A stretch of DNA of 64,000 nucleotides from Asterias rubens (lineage: Eukaryota), in assembly GCF_902459465.1 (NCBI RefSeq), contig NC_047072.1:9672001-9736000 (forward strand), written 5' to 3'. Shown piece by piece: positions 36,601 through 48,472 of the stretch. The position numbers were made by a program, and so were the translations under genes. Under the pieces are notes generated by a model. That model made no database searches and was not told the origin of the DNA. It saw nothing but the letters and a program-made list of their open reading frames with translations. Positions within the stretch are counted from its first letter, which is position 1. The number at the start of each line of letters is the position of its first letter.

Positions 36601-39600
36601 GACAATGTTGTCTCTCTCGCCGTCGTAAACCGGTAAGCGGGAGTACGGACCTTTCACTAAAACCTGCGAGGAAATCAAGTTTGTTAGTCTTAGTCTTAGT
36701 GGGGTGTCGTCGCCGAGTGGATAAGAGCACCGAACTCAAGCTCCGATACTTCTGTTCAGCAGAGTGCGGGTTCTCATCACGGTCATGACACTTGTGTCCC
36801 TGAGCAAGACCCTTAAATATAATTGCTTCTCTCCACCCAGGGGTAAATGGGTACCTGTGAGGGCAGAGATGGTTCTTGTGATTGGTTTAGCCGAGTAGCG
36901 CATATATTGCGCACAGGCTGTATACTCCCCAGGGAACTGAGATGGTTTAAGAAATGATTTAAGGCCCAGTGACCAGGGGTAATAATGTCGGAAGCGCTTT
37001 GAGACAGATGTGAAAAGCGCTATATAAAAACAGGTTATTATTATTATTATTAGTTGGTGAATCCCAGGGGTCGATAGTCATAACTAAGGACTAGTCCTAG
37101 AGATAATAAAAATGTAAGGCTAGGTCCTAACTCGAGATAAGACTAGTCCAAAATTCTTTTTGAAATCCACCCCAGCCGTTTATTTTCCCATTCGTCTATC
37201 AGGTAAATTGAACACTCTGAACGTCACCTCGAGAGTTGAAGTTTTATCGAAAACACTCAAAGCAGTTAACATTTGTATACTTTCTTAGGCCTTGAATTTG
37301 GTCTAAAAGGGGCACAGCAAATTCTCTCTGGTAATGGGGCACTTTGTTAAGGAAATAATGTCTACTTTTATTTGACTTTGCAAAGGGCACCAAAACAAAA
37401 GCACAGGGCAACCACGGGTGCACTGGCTGACTTCGAGGCCTGCTATCCTCTTACTTACTCTTTGTATACAGTCGGCATCCATCTTGCTTTTGATGTCCAA
37501 CATGAAAACGCTCTCCAGTGGCATATGCGCATCCTCAACAACCTTGTTGCGCATGCTGAGGGCGCCCTGTATAATCAGTACCTCGTCCAATGTCAATGGT
37601 TCTTCGTTTTGGTCTTGTTTCTCTTGGTGTATACTTACTAAGGCTCCAAGCTCTGTAAATCCAATCAATCAATCAATCAGAAGGAATTTACATATAGCAT
37701 TAAAATCAACCAAAGTTGTTCAAAGGCGCTCAAGACAGTTGGATGAAATTAATGTTGATACACTTGTTTGAATAGAAAACATTTGAGGAGTTTCTAGAAA
37801 ATGTGAATAGTGTTAGCATCCTTAATGTGGTTAGGGAGAGTGTTCCATTCTTTTGGTCCAAAACAGGAGAGTGAGCGATCTGCAAATGACACAGCGATCT
37901 AAGCTGTCTGCGTTGTGGTTGTAAATACATCAATAGCTTTGTTATGTTTTTATTTGTTTGTGAGAGATTACCTAACATCACAAGGCCCGACAGCCACTTT
38001 AAGGCGAGGACTACACTTATAACTGATTTGGGCTGTCGACCCAAATCAACTGCCACCAAGGGCATGTTGCTCCAATGGGAGCCTGGCTGGTGGGGCAGAA
38101 TGCATTCCCTTCCCAACTTTTTGTTGCAGGATGAAATAGTTTAGTCATCATTTGAAACTACAGTAGATGATACATGTATTGAATGGTCAGACAGTAGGAG
38201 GGTTGACTGTGTACTGTGTAGACGCATTCACCACATGTAACCAATAGCAGGTTGGCATAGTGGTGGACCATTCTAAATCACAGGAGATGATATTGAATGG
38301 TCAGACAGTAGGAGGGTTGACTGTGTACTGTGTGGATGTGTTTCCTTCAAAACAGCAGTAACTTAAATGGTCAGACAGTGGGAGGGTTAAAAAACTTTAC
38401 TTTCAGACTAGGTTTGATAACGTTGCTTTAAATTTAATTAAACAAAAAAATGAACAATGAAGCTCCTTATGAACAATGAAGCTCACCTGCTCTTCTGAAG
38501 AACGTTCCACTTTCTTTTCCGAGGAGACAATCTAAGACTTTGGAGATTGGCCAAGCCACTGGGAAGAAAAGAACCATCAGCAGGATCACCAATCTATTTA
38601 TAATATATACACAAAGTAAAACACTTAGACAGAGTACAGTATAATGTGTATTATTTACACAGGCAGTCAGCAGCCCTTATGGTTTGTGCATTATCCAGTT
38701 AAGTCCACTGCTTGGAAAAGGAATTACATGGAGATAACAGGTGTTAGTTGAAAAGGGATGTGTTATTCTAGCCTAATTCTTTAATGGAGCTCCCAGATAG
38801 GGAAAACCTTAAGACTTACGGTGATAACGTGGCACCGATTGCGAGTCCATGGCGGGTGCAAATTGCCTGAGGGAACACTCTGTAAAAGAAGGAAAAAATG
38901 AAATAATGAACAACATTTTTGTACATTAGATAGGTCTTTCATTTTGATTTCTGACAACCTTTTTGTATGGGCAGCCTTGAAAATCACAAATTTTACAACT
39001 CAGTTGGCACAACGTTGCCCTCATGTGTTAATATTTAGTCAGTCGATTTGGTTCTCTATGGTCTTGGTTAGTTTCTTACCTACATCATATACATGTACCC
39101 AAATGTGGACACTGGTAAGATTTACCCATTGGAATTATTACCTATGGTCTTGATTAAAATATTAATCCAAACACGGCTTCAAAACCAATAAATCAACCCT
39201 GCATTATTAACAAACCTGTTGTTACATTTTCTAATTTTACTAAGATCCTTCCCCCTCAACCCAAAGACAACCACACCCCCTTGTAACATGCATTTTGCAC
39301 AATGCAAAAGTTAAGTATACACCCTACTTATATTGGCCTTTTTTTTCTTTCTTTTTTACAGGTTAAAGATTTAAACCTTTGAAGATTTCCTACAAAACAA
39401 AGCAAATGCATATCAAAGGTAATTTGAAACAATTTCTCATTTTGTCAACATTACAACCCAAATATTTTGTTTGCATTTTTTGTAACAAACAAATAAATAG
39501 TTTAAACAATATTAGCCCACATTTTTACTTCAAATATTTTGGGCAAAGACATTCCTACATTTAATATGTTTGGGCAAGGCTAATTTTCATTTTACAAAGT

Positions 39601-41158
39601 GTGTTTTTCTTGTAAAATCTTTGTATGTAAGAATTTGGAAGCACAAAGTCCAAGACCAAGATCAAGTCCAAGACCAGGGCCAAGAGAGGCTGTTGGCCTC
39701 TTGAGACTCAGAGCAGATCCTTGTCATGTCTTGTCTTAGTGGATACTGCACCAACAACCGTTTTCAGGGGTCACCCAGTCAGGGTCGGTTGTATGCATGG
39801 ATTTGCCAACCATGCCAGAAACGCACCAGGGTGAACCCGTTTTCTTTTAAAATGATAAGGTGTAACTGGGTTCTTTTCAGAACCACCCCATTTAGAGATT
39901 ATCATAACACGGTGTTACCGCAAACCTTTCTATATTGTTACTGGATTGTTTTGCATGCATTAGACAACACATACATTTAGGCTATGCGGCTTTACATAAG
40001 TGGTTATGTGTCTTGCTTAAGAACACGTGTCAAAACCAGGACTCAAACCCACACTCTGCTGTTCAGAACACCAGAGCTTGAGTCCAGTGTGCTTGACCAC
40101 TCGACCCCAACACACCACTGGCTTAAAACAATGTACCAATGTGTCCACTATTCAGTTTTAATACTCACTCCCCGAATAACAGCACAGCAGTGACAGAAAC
40201 ACTAATGGCAATGATAGGGTCAGTCACTCGATCCAAAAAGATGGGCATGGATTCCACGGCCGCTGCATTGGCAAGTAGTAATGTGACCAGTAACAGGTGG
40301 TGTCGAGACACGATCGGCGTGATGCGCTTGGCGTACTTTTGCTCCTGAGGTTTACCGCCCTCGGCCAGGACGCGTAGACTCAGGATGTCTAAGGACAGGA
40401 GACCCATGGTCAGACCAGACATCAGCCCTTGGGGGGGAAAAAGAATAATGGTTATAAGAGTAGTCTGGACCTTCATCATGGGGAAGCATCTGTTTTTTCT
40501 CCTGTTCCAATCAATGTAACCCAAACTAAGGCTAGAATGTAAACAGACAAGGCCCTTATTTTTTTAAAGGCAGTGGACACTGTTGGTAATTACTCAAAAC
40601 AATTATCAGCATAAAACCTCACTTGGTAACGAGTAATGGGTAGAGGTTGATAGTATAAAACATTGTGAGAAACGGCTCCCTCTGAAGTGACATAGTTTTC
40701 GAGAAATAAGTTATTTTCCACGAATTTGATTTCGATTTCAAACCTCGCTCTTACCCCCGATGAGTCACTTTTCCTTGTGTTTACTACATTTACCTGATAA
40801 AAGAGTTTTGAATGTGTACTCTTTGGGCTGCGGACTCCGATTAAGCGGGCATTCTAACAGCTACAAATTCATTGTGATGCACTACTCCAAACTTCCAATG
40901 GGTCATTTTTGCGCGATGTTGACCAACATTCTTCAATTTTATCAGTATTATTCTATAAAGAAATTGCGCATGTTTTTTTTAAGTTGGCACAAAATATTTA
41001 CCAGCAAATAGAACCAGAGCACAATATGTTCCGATGTAGATCCAGAACAATTGGTCGTGAATAGTGAGTGGGGCCTCTGGCTCTTTGAATGTTGTGCCAT
41101 TGCATATGATGGTCTCTGGGTCCACCAACGTGCAGTTAATGAAGTCTCCTTCAAACAT
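33587..41158 (-). CDS. DUF21 + CBS-pair metal (Mg2+) transporter, CNNM/CorB/Mam3 family, short form, 8 coding exons, ~479 aa
   Basis: Exons 41158-41002 (MFEGDF...[15 protein letters not shown]), 40427-40169 ([14 protein letters not shown]...LLFGE), 38879-38820 ([15 protein letters not shown]), 38593-38487 ([11 protein letters not shown]...FRRA), 37652-37459, 36663-36352 (YSRLPVY; GC donor), 34587-34417 ([22 protein letters not shown]), 33766-33587; total 1440 nt in frame. A 5'UTR exon donor is at 42378. Confidence 0.92.
33980..34362 (+). mobile_element. Kolobok-type MITE copy (last intron of CNNM-like gene)
   Basis: Same body; right TIR ...CAATAGTGTCCAGTGTCTTTAA. Confidence 0.82.
35191..35693. 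mobile_element. Probable TTAA-flanked MITE (~500 bp)
   Basis: TTAAAGG...CCTTTAA termini; body has motifs typical of such non-autonomous elements. Confidence 0.5.
36700..37052 (+). mobile_element. Near full-length tRNA-derived SINE (tRNA head, conserved central domain, LINE-like tail ending (ATT)n)
   Basis: A-box-like GTCGCCGAGTGG, B-box-like GGGTTCTCATC, core CTTGTGTCCCTGAGCAAGAC...CTCCACCCAGGGGTAAATGGGTACC, tail AAGCGCTTTGAGAC...AAAGCGCTATATAAA(ATT)n. Fragments at ~13120-13330, 39990-40115(-), 62630-62780(-). Confidence 0.8.
37065..37176. mobile_element. Second Harbinger-type MITE family (TIR GGGTCGATTTCACAAAG)
   Basis: CAG|GGGTCGA...TCCACCC|CAG. Related copies at ~13420-13660, 14205-14335, 41440-41745, 51950-52123. 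Confidence 0.7.
40564..40740 (+). mobile_element. Kolobok-type MITE, 3'-truncated copy
   Basis: Left TIR TTAAAGGCAGTGGACAC and first ~175 bp only. Confidence 0.8.
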
Positions 41159-43194
41159 GATGTCTTAAGTTTTGCTCTGCAAAAAACAAACAATTTGTGG
41201 CATAAGAAGCTTTCCATGTGAAAAAGATGAGAATTGCTTATATGAAACAGTAAACTTGCGAATACATTAAAGGCCAAGTCACACTGCAACGTTAACGAAA
41301 ACAATAACGATCGCGATGCAAAGAGAGCGCATTCTAATGGTTGAAATGCTCCACGCAGAAAAGGCCCACGCTCTTCATTCAACCAATCGAGGGTGTGCAT
41401 TCTCATTGATGATCTCGTTATCTGTGTGACCGAAACGCTAGGATTGATCCTATCTAGAGTTACTCGTCCTAACTTGGTTTGCATGCTACAGTGCAGGGTT
41501 GGGACCTGTCCTAGTACTAGTACATGTTGCCTACATTATATTGTAGGCCCGAAGAATAGACCTTATGCATTGACGTCATCCAGCCGCCATCTTTGAGGTC
41601 AAACGGTGACGAAACAATCGAAACGCACATAGATTGGCCAATGAACCAGCTCCTTTTGACCTCAATGCGGGGGCGCCGTACTGAAATGACGTCATGTGCA
41701 TAAGGTCTATAATCTTAAGTTAGGAATAGTTTGGTGAAATCGACCGCTTGCCTTTATTATAATTATAGATATATGTAAGCTAATTATGTGAGGAATGATG
41801 TTTAAAACACATTTTTTACAAGTGACAATAAAACAATAATTATTAATAAAAACAATAATAATGTAATTTTTTTTTAATAATGTCACTGAAAACTCACTAT
41901 AATATTAGAAAAAGAATCATACTCGACAAATTTCCCCTTTTTGTTGATTGTTTTCAGTTAAATTTAATGTTCCGGATTCCTATCAATCAAACAACAAACG
42001 AAGTCAAAATTTGTGGCTGAAGTATTAATACTAATAAAATAGGATGGATCCTGTATGATGAGTAATGACCGAGTGAAAAAGTGGTGGCAGGCAGGATATG
42101 GAAATCTTTCCAAAAGTGAAAAGTAACTTTTGTCATAGTTATTACCTGGAGGAAGGTTATTACGTACTTGATTATTTGTAATAATATGCAAAGCGATCCG
42201 GAACTGGTAGTGGCAGTACATGATAGTGATCCGGATTTGTTTATCAACAAAGTTGATTATAAATTAACAACCTGATTGTGATTGTGATGATCATGATGCT
42301 GAACATGATCGAGTCGAGATGGGTGCTTTTGTATTTTAAACTATCAAATTCAGAAATGGTAAAAACAAAAATACTTACGTGTTTAGGTAACTAAATGTTT
42401 CAACCAAATCGATGAGTTAACCTTATCTTAGCCTTTTTAATTGTACTTAATACTAGATAGGCAAGGCAAGGCAAGCCAAGCCAAGGAAGTTGTGTGTTTT
42501 TAGCGGTCGATCCCCCACACACAGTTTACCGTTTTGGCATAGTGTAAATGAGGAAGCGCGCCCTCACTTGGCGGAAAACTTTGAGAACAAAAATAACGGG
42601 GGACCAGGCAGGCTTTTGGCGGTGGTAGCGACGGGGCCGAGCCGGGCACCAACGATCAAAGAAATTAGGCCGTGTCCGAAACGCGTTTTTTTTCCTAGGA
42701 CGAACGTGGGCAATTGACATAAAATGGGCGTGTTTTCGCAAGAAAAACACTCTCGCGCATGCACGAACTTTAGTGATGACCGCAAGGGACCTTGGGCCAC
42801 TGGTGGTGGTAATGGAATGAACCAGTGTACCTCTATGATGTATCCCAACATGCATAAGATATCAACCAACCTGTGAAAAAAAAACATTATTTTTGTTGCA
42901 TAATTTTGTGTGCTCCAGATGCATAAGTGTTGTTTGTAATGCAGTGTACTATTAAATTTCATCAAAAAACATTAGCGACCACAACCGTTCATTATGACTG
43001 TCAGTCTATTTTCATAATTGCCCTCCCTCCCCCTCCCAACCATATCCAAATGCAGTTTATCGGTCAATCAAGACCTGGCAATGAAAGCAAGCGCGACGCA
43101 TTTTTATGGACAAAAGGTAGAATTATACAAAAATACGCAGTTTTACATTTTTTACCTGTTTACCTGTAGATTCGGGCTCTGCATAATGAATGCT

Positions 43195-43995
43195 AAATGA
43201 AGCCTTATAAAACGCCCATCCATATTCACACAAAACTTACTGCAAAAGTACTGAATGCAATGGAAGTAGCGAAGTCAAATGTGAGAGCAGAAGAGAATGA
43301 ACTTAATATTTCCATATATCCTGTGGTGAACATCCTGCAAAACTGTACATGTCAATGTTTTTGGTGAGGTACTCATCAATGCCATTTTTGAAGATGTTAG
43401 TTGAATGAGAATGAACAACTGCAGCTGGTAGTTTGTTCCAAACATTACAGACTCTCTGTGTGAAGTTGTTCTGACGAATTCTGGTAGTACTACGTTCCTT
43501 GTTTATCTTCAGATCATGGCCCCTTAGACCCTTTACATTTCTTGACATGTCAAATAGCTTATCTGGATGGACATCCTGGAACCCATGCATCACTTTGAAA
43601 ACTTGAATGAGGTCACCCCGCAATCTTCTGTAGGCAAGTGTTGGGAGATCGAGGAGTAGCAGCCTTGTTTCATATGGCAATTCCCTTAAAGATGGAACAA
43701 TTTTGGTTGCCCTCCGTTGCACCTTTTCTAACTTGTTAATGTCTCTCTTCAAGTAGGGGCACCAAACGCTGTTGGCGTACTCCAGATGTGGGCGAACCAT
43801 GGTCTTGTACAATGCCTTGAAAGTCTCCTCATCCATGTAGTCAAAGGTCCGTTTTATTACACCTAGAATTCGAGTCGCCTTGTTTGCTATTGCTCCAATG
43901 TGCTTACTGAAAGTTAGTGACTTGTCAAACAGGACACCAAGATCCTTTTCGTCGTCCATTTCTTTCAAATTTCTGGAGTGGTTTCCTTCTGTCAT
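43195..43995 (-). mobile_element. 5'-truncated CR1-clade LINE: ORF2 C-terminus (~220 aa, no stops) plus short 3'UTR
   Basis: Translation EKDLGVLFDKSLTF..YKTMVRPHLEYANSVW.PYLKRDINKLEKVQRRATK..RRLRGDLIQVFK..RGH..F.QRV..WNKLP is the typical CR1/L2 post-RT tail; stop codon at 43303. Confidence 0.9.
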
Positions 43996-44275
43996 GGTGT
44001 AAGTGACTCTGTACATGGTACTAAATATATACATGTACATTGTATATGTAACATGTGTACATGTATGCGTGTATGTGTACATGTTTAATATGCGTGAGTG
44101 TATTTCCACAACTATTATTACGTCGAAGTACGCATGTGCATGGGAAAATGTATAGTTAACTACGCCCATTTATGTAAACTGCCCACGTTTGTCCTAGGAA
44201 AAAAAAAAGCGTCCGGCGTGGCGACTTCGGCTACAGCTGCGGCTAGATCGCGCGTCTTCAACACTGCTGGTGTAG

Positions 44276-44513
44276 TAGTCTTGGTGCAAGACGTTTCTCG
44301 TTTCCCTTTTCACGCACACCGCGGCCAATTTACCAACAGCGCCCGCACCGACTCAATCCGCACCGACTCACGTGACTTAGTTCACTCACCGCTCGGTGAG
44401 TGAACTAAGTCACGTGAGTCGGTGCGGATTGAGTCGGTGCGGGCGCTGTTGGTAAATTGGCCGCGGTGTGCGTGAAAAGGGAAACGAGAAACGTCTTGCA
44501 CCAAGGAAGACTA
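44276..44513. mobile_element. 238-bp foldback element (perfect 112-bp arms, 2-nt loop) with 9-bp TSD; Mutator-like MITE
   Basis: Arms 44280-44391 and 44394-44505 are exact reverse complements. Termini are TAGTCTT...AAGACTA. The direct repeat CTGGTGTAG lies at 44267-44275 and 44514-44522. Confidence 0.85.
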
Positions 44514-44529
44514 CTGGTGTAGACGCGCT

Positions 44530-44815
44530 GATACGTAGCTAGCTGGAGCTGTAGGGGACTTCACCCAGTTGCGACATCAACAATTTCGAAATCGTTTAGT
44601 AACCGAGTGTTTTTTGTTTTGAACAACAACCAGTTTTGTGGTAACGGTAGAGGCAATACTGCATCTACAGACGTAGAAACGGTCCTCCAAACTGACTAGA
44701 AACATCATGATTGGTGAGTTTTTCGTGAGAGATGTGGACTAGCCGGCGCGGTGTGCTTATCCCACACAATGCACGTTCCGTTCCGCCCGCCATTGGTTGG
44801 TGCTGACGTCATTTG
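44530..44815 (+). promoter_or_regulatory. CpG-rich putative 5' exon/promoter of the IAP gene; donor GTGAGT at 44714; GC box, CCAAT and CRE motifs
   Basis: High local CpG; ATGATTG|GTGAGT at 44707-44719; CCGCCC 44783, ATTGG ~44792, TGACGTCA 44804-44811. Linkage to the IAP is inferred. Confidence 0.5.
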
Positions 44816-45130
44816 ATATATGTAAACAATGAAAATCATCAGACAAGTCAGGCACATATTTTTTATGCGTGAATGTTTTAAGGCTATGTGGTGCAGTTGC
44901 GGTTGAGTGCCTATAATATAACTAGTAATGGGAAGCAGGAAATAGTGTTAGTGTCACTGGCCAGTCACAGGACGTCCTGTTTTCAAGGTGTGCCTTGAAA
45001 TGTCGTGGCTAATCTTTTATTTAAGTATTTTTACCACTCTGTTACCCACTGGAGTGTTAGTGTTGGTGCGCGATGTAAACGGTCGCACCATAATAAACAT
45101 GGAGGTAGCATTAGATTAGAGAACCTCCAT

Positions 45131-45847
45131 GGTCGCACTAAATACCGACAACTCACGACTCCTCACGACAACAATTTTTAAATGCACTTTAACAGAACAT
45201 TTGAACGTATTTCAACCTATGTGCAGAAGAGTCATATGCATCTAACTAAATCACTTTCAAACTTTTGAAAAATTGTAGTTTTTAACTGTTAGGTGTTTTT
45301 AACCCGAATTTAGTAACGAACGGAAATATTCGCCATGTTGTCTTTCGACGTACTTGACAGACTATTACACCGCAGGGGGCGAGGTAATTTCATAGGGCTG
45401 AGTTTTATTGTTTTCGTTTTGGTTTTAGCTGCTGATTTTTTTCTTTCTTGTTAGTAACTAAGCCGCCACTCTGGAATTCAAAGTTAAAAGGGGAAACTTA
45501 AATAATTTTATAATATTGTTTTAAACTCCATGAACATTAAAAAAAAAAAGGTAAATAATCATCTTGCATAAAAAATGTATCACCCCTGCGGTAATAGCAT
45601 CGTCCAAGTGTGTCCAAAGACAACATGGCGGATATTACCATTCGTTACTAAATTCGGGTAAAAAACACTTTTTTTACAATTAAATATATAATTTTTTTTA
45701 ACAGTTTGAAAATGATTTCGGTGCATATGACTCTTGTGCATACATTTAACGGTTGACTCATGTTCAAATGTTCTGTTAAAGTGCATTTAAAAATTATTGT
45801 CGTGAGTTGTCGTGAGGGGTCGTGAGTTGTTGGTATTTAGTGCGACC
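45131..45847. mobile_element. ~720-bp foldback element with ~250-bp imperfect TIRs
   Basis: 45131-~45385 (GGTCGCACTAAATACC...) is the reverse complement of ~45585-45847 (...GGTATTTAGTGCGACC), with scattered mismatches and a ~200-bp AT-rich spacer. Confidence 0.85.
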
Positions 45848-47254
45848 CCTATGGTATATTTAATACTAGTACTACTAGTATTTTAATACTAGATATTATT
45901 TCTGTTATTTTTGTTGCCAAGACTCCCTTGACTAAAACTTTGAAACACGTAAGGCCCCACTGGTTAGTTGCACTTTGTAAAACAAAAAAAGGTACAAAAA
46001 TATGTCATAATGATGAGGCCATATTAAAAAAATTGCCCACCGAAACAGTTTCATCAAACACTTTTTCAATTCACAATTAAATGATGATCAAATCATGTGA
46101 CTGAACATTCTGCTGAACATTCTGCTGAACATTCTGGAAAAAAGTATGGTTTAAAGAAGCCAAGTGCCTTATATAATTTTCTAACAATCTGGAATCTGGA
46201 GAGTTGTTGTTGTAACCCTCATGATCATTATCATTCATTAGCCTATATTAAAATTTAAACATCGGCTTGGTGATTCATTTCACTGTTTATTTATAATACA
46301 CTTTTTTTATAAATATACAATTAGTCATAAATTCAATTCACTTTATTATCAATTCGAAACAATTAGACAAAACACAAGGTAGTGAATAAAGAATTTAAAT
46401 ACTTGTTCCACCCATACAAAAAGCTATTGAATTGATCGTGGGTCAAATGTTGTTTACAATTACATTGCATTCAATTGTACGACCTTGTGAATACTTCTGG
46501 CTACAATACTATTATTCAGATGCCCAACTGCCTGACTGGAGGAAAACAATAGTCCATGTATTGGTTAATAAGCCTTAACAAAAAAGGGCGTTTTCATTGC
46601 ATATGGTACCTTACACTTGTAGGTTGTAGGGCCCACTTGTTTTCTTTCATTACACTTATTTTTAACAATCAATATAGATTGGTTGGAACACGAATAGATT
46701 TGTTACAGTTAGCCTATCTCTGATGAAAATGCATTTAGGGCAATTCCATGGTCAGTCGCATTACACTTTTCTGTGTCATTTCTTGATGTTGGTGCTTGTA
46801 CATGTAGTTCCACTAGGTTTATAGACTGAGTGATTTGTACTTGACACCCAAGGCTTTGAAGTGGTGATATTAGAAATGTTGTGGGCTATGTGCTCTGGAT
46901 GTGATAGCGTTGTAAACAGCGTCAGGAGGTGCATTACTAAAAGGACATAGACAAAATACACTAGTCACAAAAAAAAGTTTCCTCAAACTAAAAAACTTTC
47001 AAAAGTTTCACTATAAGTTTGTAATCCACACAACTCTTTAACATGTGTATGAGTATTCAACAGGATACTTATAAATGGTCATTAACTTGAACTGTTATGA
47101 TAGGTACATTTTTGTATACATGTACACATGGCAGAACCATGGTCAGTCACATACCATTTTCCAGTTAATTTAGCCAAGCCTACATGGAGCTCAGGCTGAA
47201 TTTGGCAAAACTGGGTTCGCCCAGTACTTAAGCAGCATGCAGCATCAGAGTCCA

Positions 47255-47412
47255 GCATTCTCCAGAAGACGATCAGAGCATACTGATCGAAACGTCGAGT
47301 TAATCCAACGGTTCTTTTCAGAACCACCCCAACTCATTGAGAGATTGTTATTACATGGTGTTACCGCAACCTTTATATATCTTACTTCCACCATGCAAAG
47401 TTTCAAATCCTA
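47255..47412 (+). mobile_element. Second copy of hammerhead-motif repeat
   Basis: CTC-CAGAAGA-C-GATCAGagcataCTGATC-GAAAC-GTC-GAG at 47260-47299; U4 of the core is mutated to A. Confidence 0.7.
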
Positions 47413-48111
47413 CAAAACTGGGTTCATTCCTTGTCAACAACTAAAATAAATTGATTTCGTATGTTAGCTATAACTTCTATGTGGAAAGAAAGTTGTGTCA
47501 AAAATTTGATTTTATTTGTGTCATGTCCCTGTTTGCTTGGAATTGCCCGTTTTTCAGCTCATGGTCCAATCTTTGCAAAAAATACCAGGTCATCTGGCAA
47601 TTTGACATTTTAACTTGATCTGATTTGATTTGTGTGTTTTGTGTGCCTACGTACATAATGTACGGTAGTCATATTTATAACAACAACATCCAATGTTTTT
47701 ATCTTCTTTCAGAATGTTCTCTTCCTCGACTGCTGCAAGTGTTTCTTAGCTATCGTGATGGAAAAGGGAATTCTCTCTGTTGATGAAGCTACACATTGTG
47801 AATCTTCATGCTTAATACGTCTTTCAAAATGTAGGGAAACGCAGAGTGTGTGACAATGAATTTGAATTTGATGTAGGGAAACGCAGTCAAACACAGTAAC
47901 AAATAAGTTTCATTCATTTGGGGGGGGGGGGGGGGGGGGCGGGGGGATGGGCTCGTAATCAAAACATGCGTTGGTATTATTCATGTATTTCATTCTGGAC
48001 GGGAATAATGCTAATTTATAATATTGTATGCTGGTAATCAGACCCGTATCCTCTCCCACAAAGCTCACTAATTGTCAAAGCCCCAACATCCAATCCATTC
48101 TCCCAACACCG

Positions 48112-48472
48112 GTAGTGCCACCCCATCGCCCAACACTACCCCAACCCCAACAACCAACCCAACCCCAACAGCAAACCCACACTCACAACACCTCAGTGCC
48201 ACACCATCGCCCAACACCACCCCAACCCCAACAGCCAACCCACAGACACCTTAGTGCCACCCCATCGCCCAACACCACCTCAACCCCAACAGCAAACCCA
48301 CACTCACAACAGTGCCACACCATCGCCCAACACCAACCATCGCCCAACACCACCCTAACCCCAACAGCCAACCCACAGACACCTTAGTGCCACCCCATCG
48401 CCCAACACCACCTCAACCCCAACAGCAAACCCACACTCACAACACCTCAGTGCCACACCATCGCCCAACACC
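48112..48472. repeat. C/A-rich minisatellite, alternating ~58-63-bp units
   Basis: AGTGCCAC(A/C)CCATCGCCCAACACCACC.CAACCCCAACAGC.AACCCAC repeated ~6 times. Confidence 0.9.

Noticed and set aside
40948-41484. 178-aa minus-strand ORF
   Set aside because: Wrong frame over the true first coding exon (41158-41002) plus repeat sequence.
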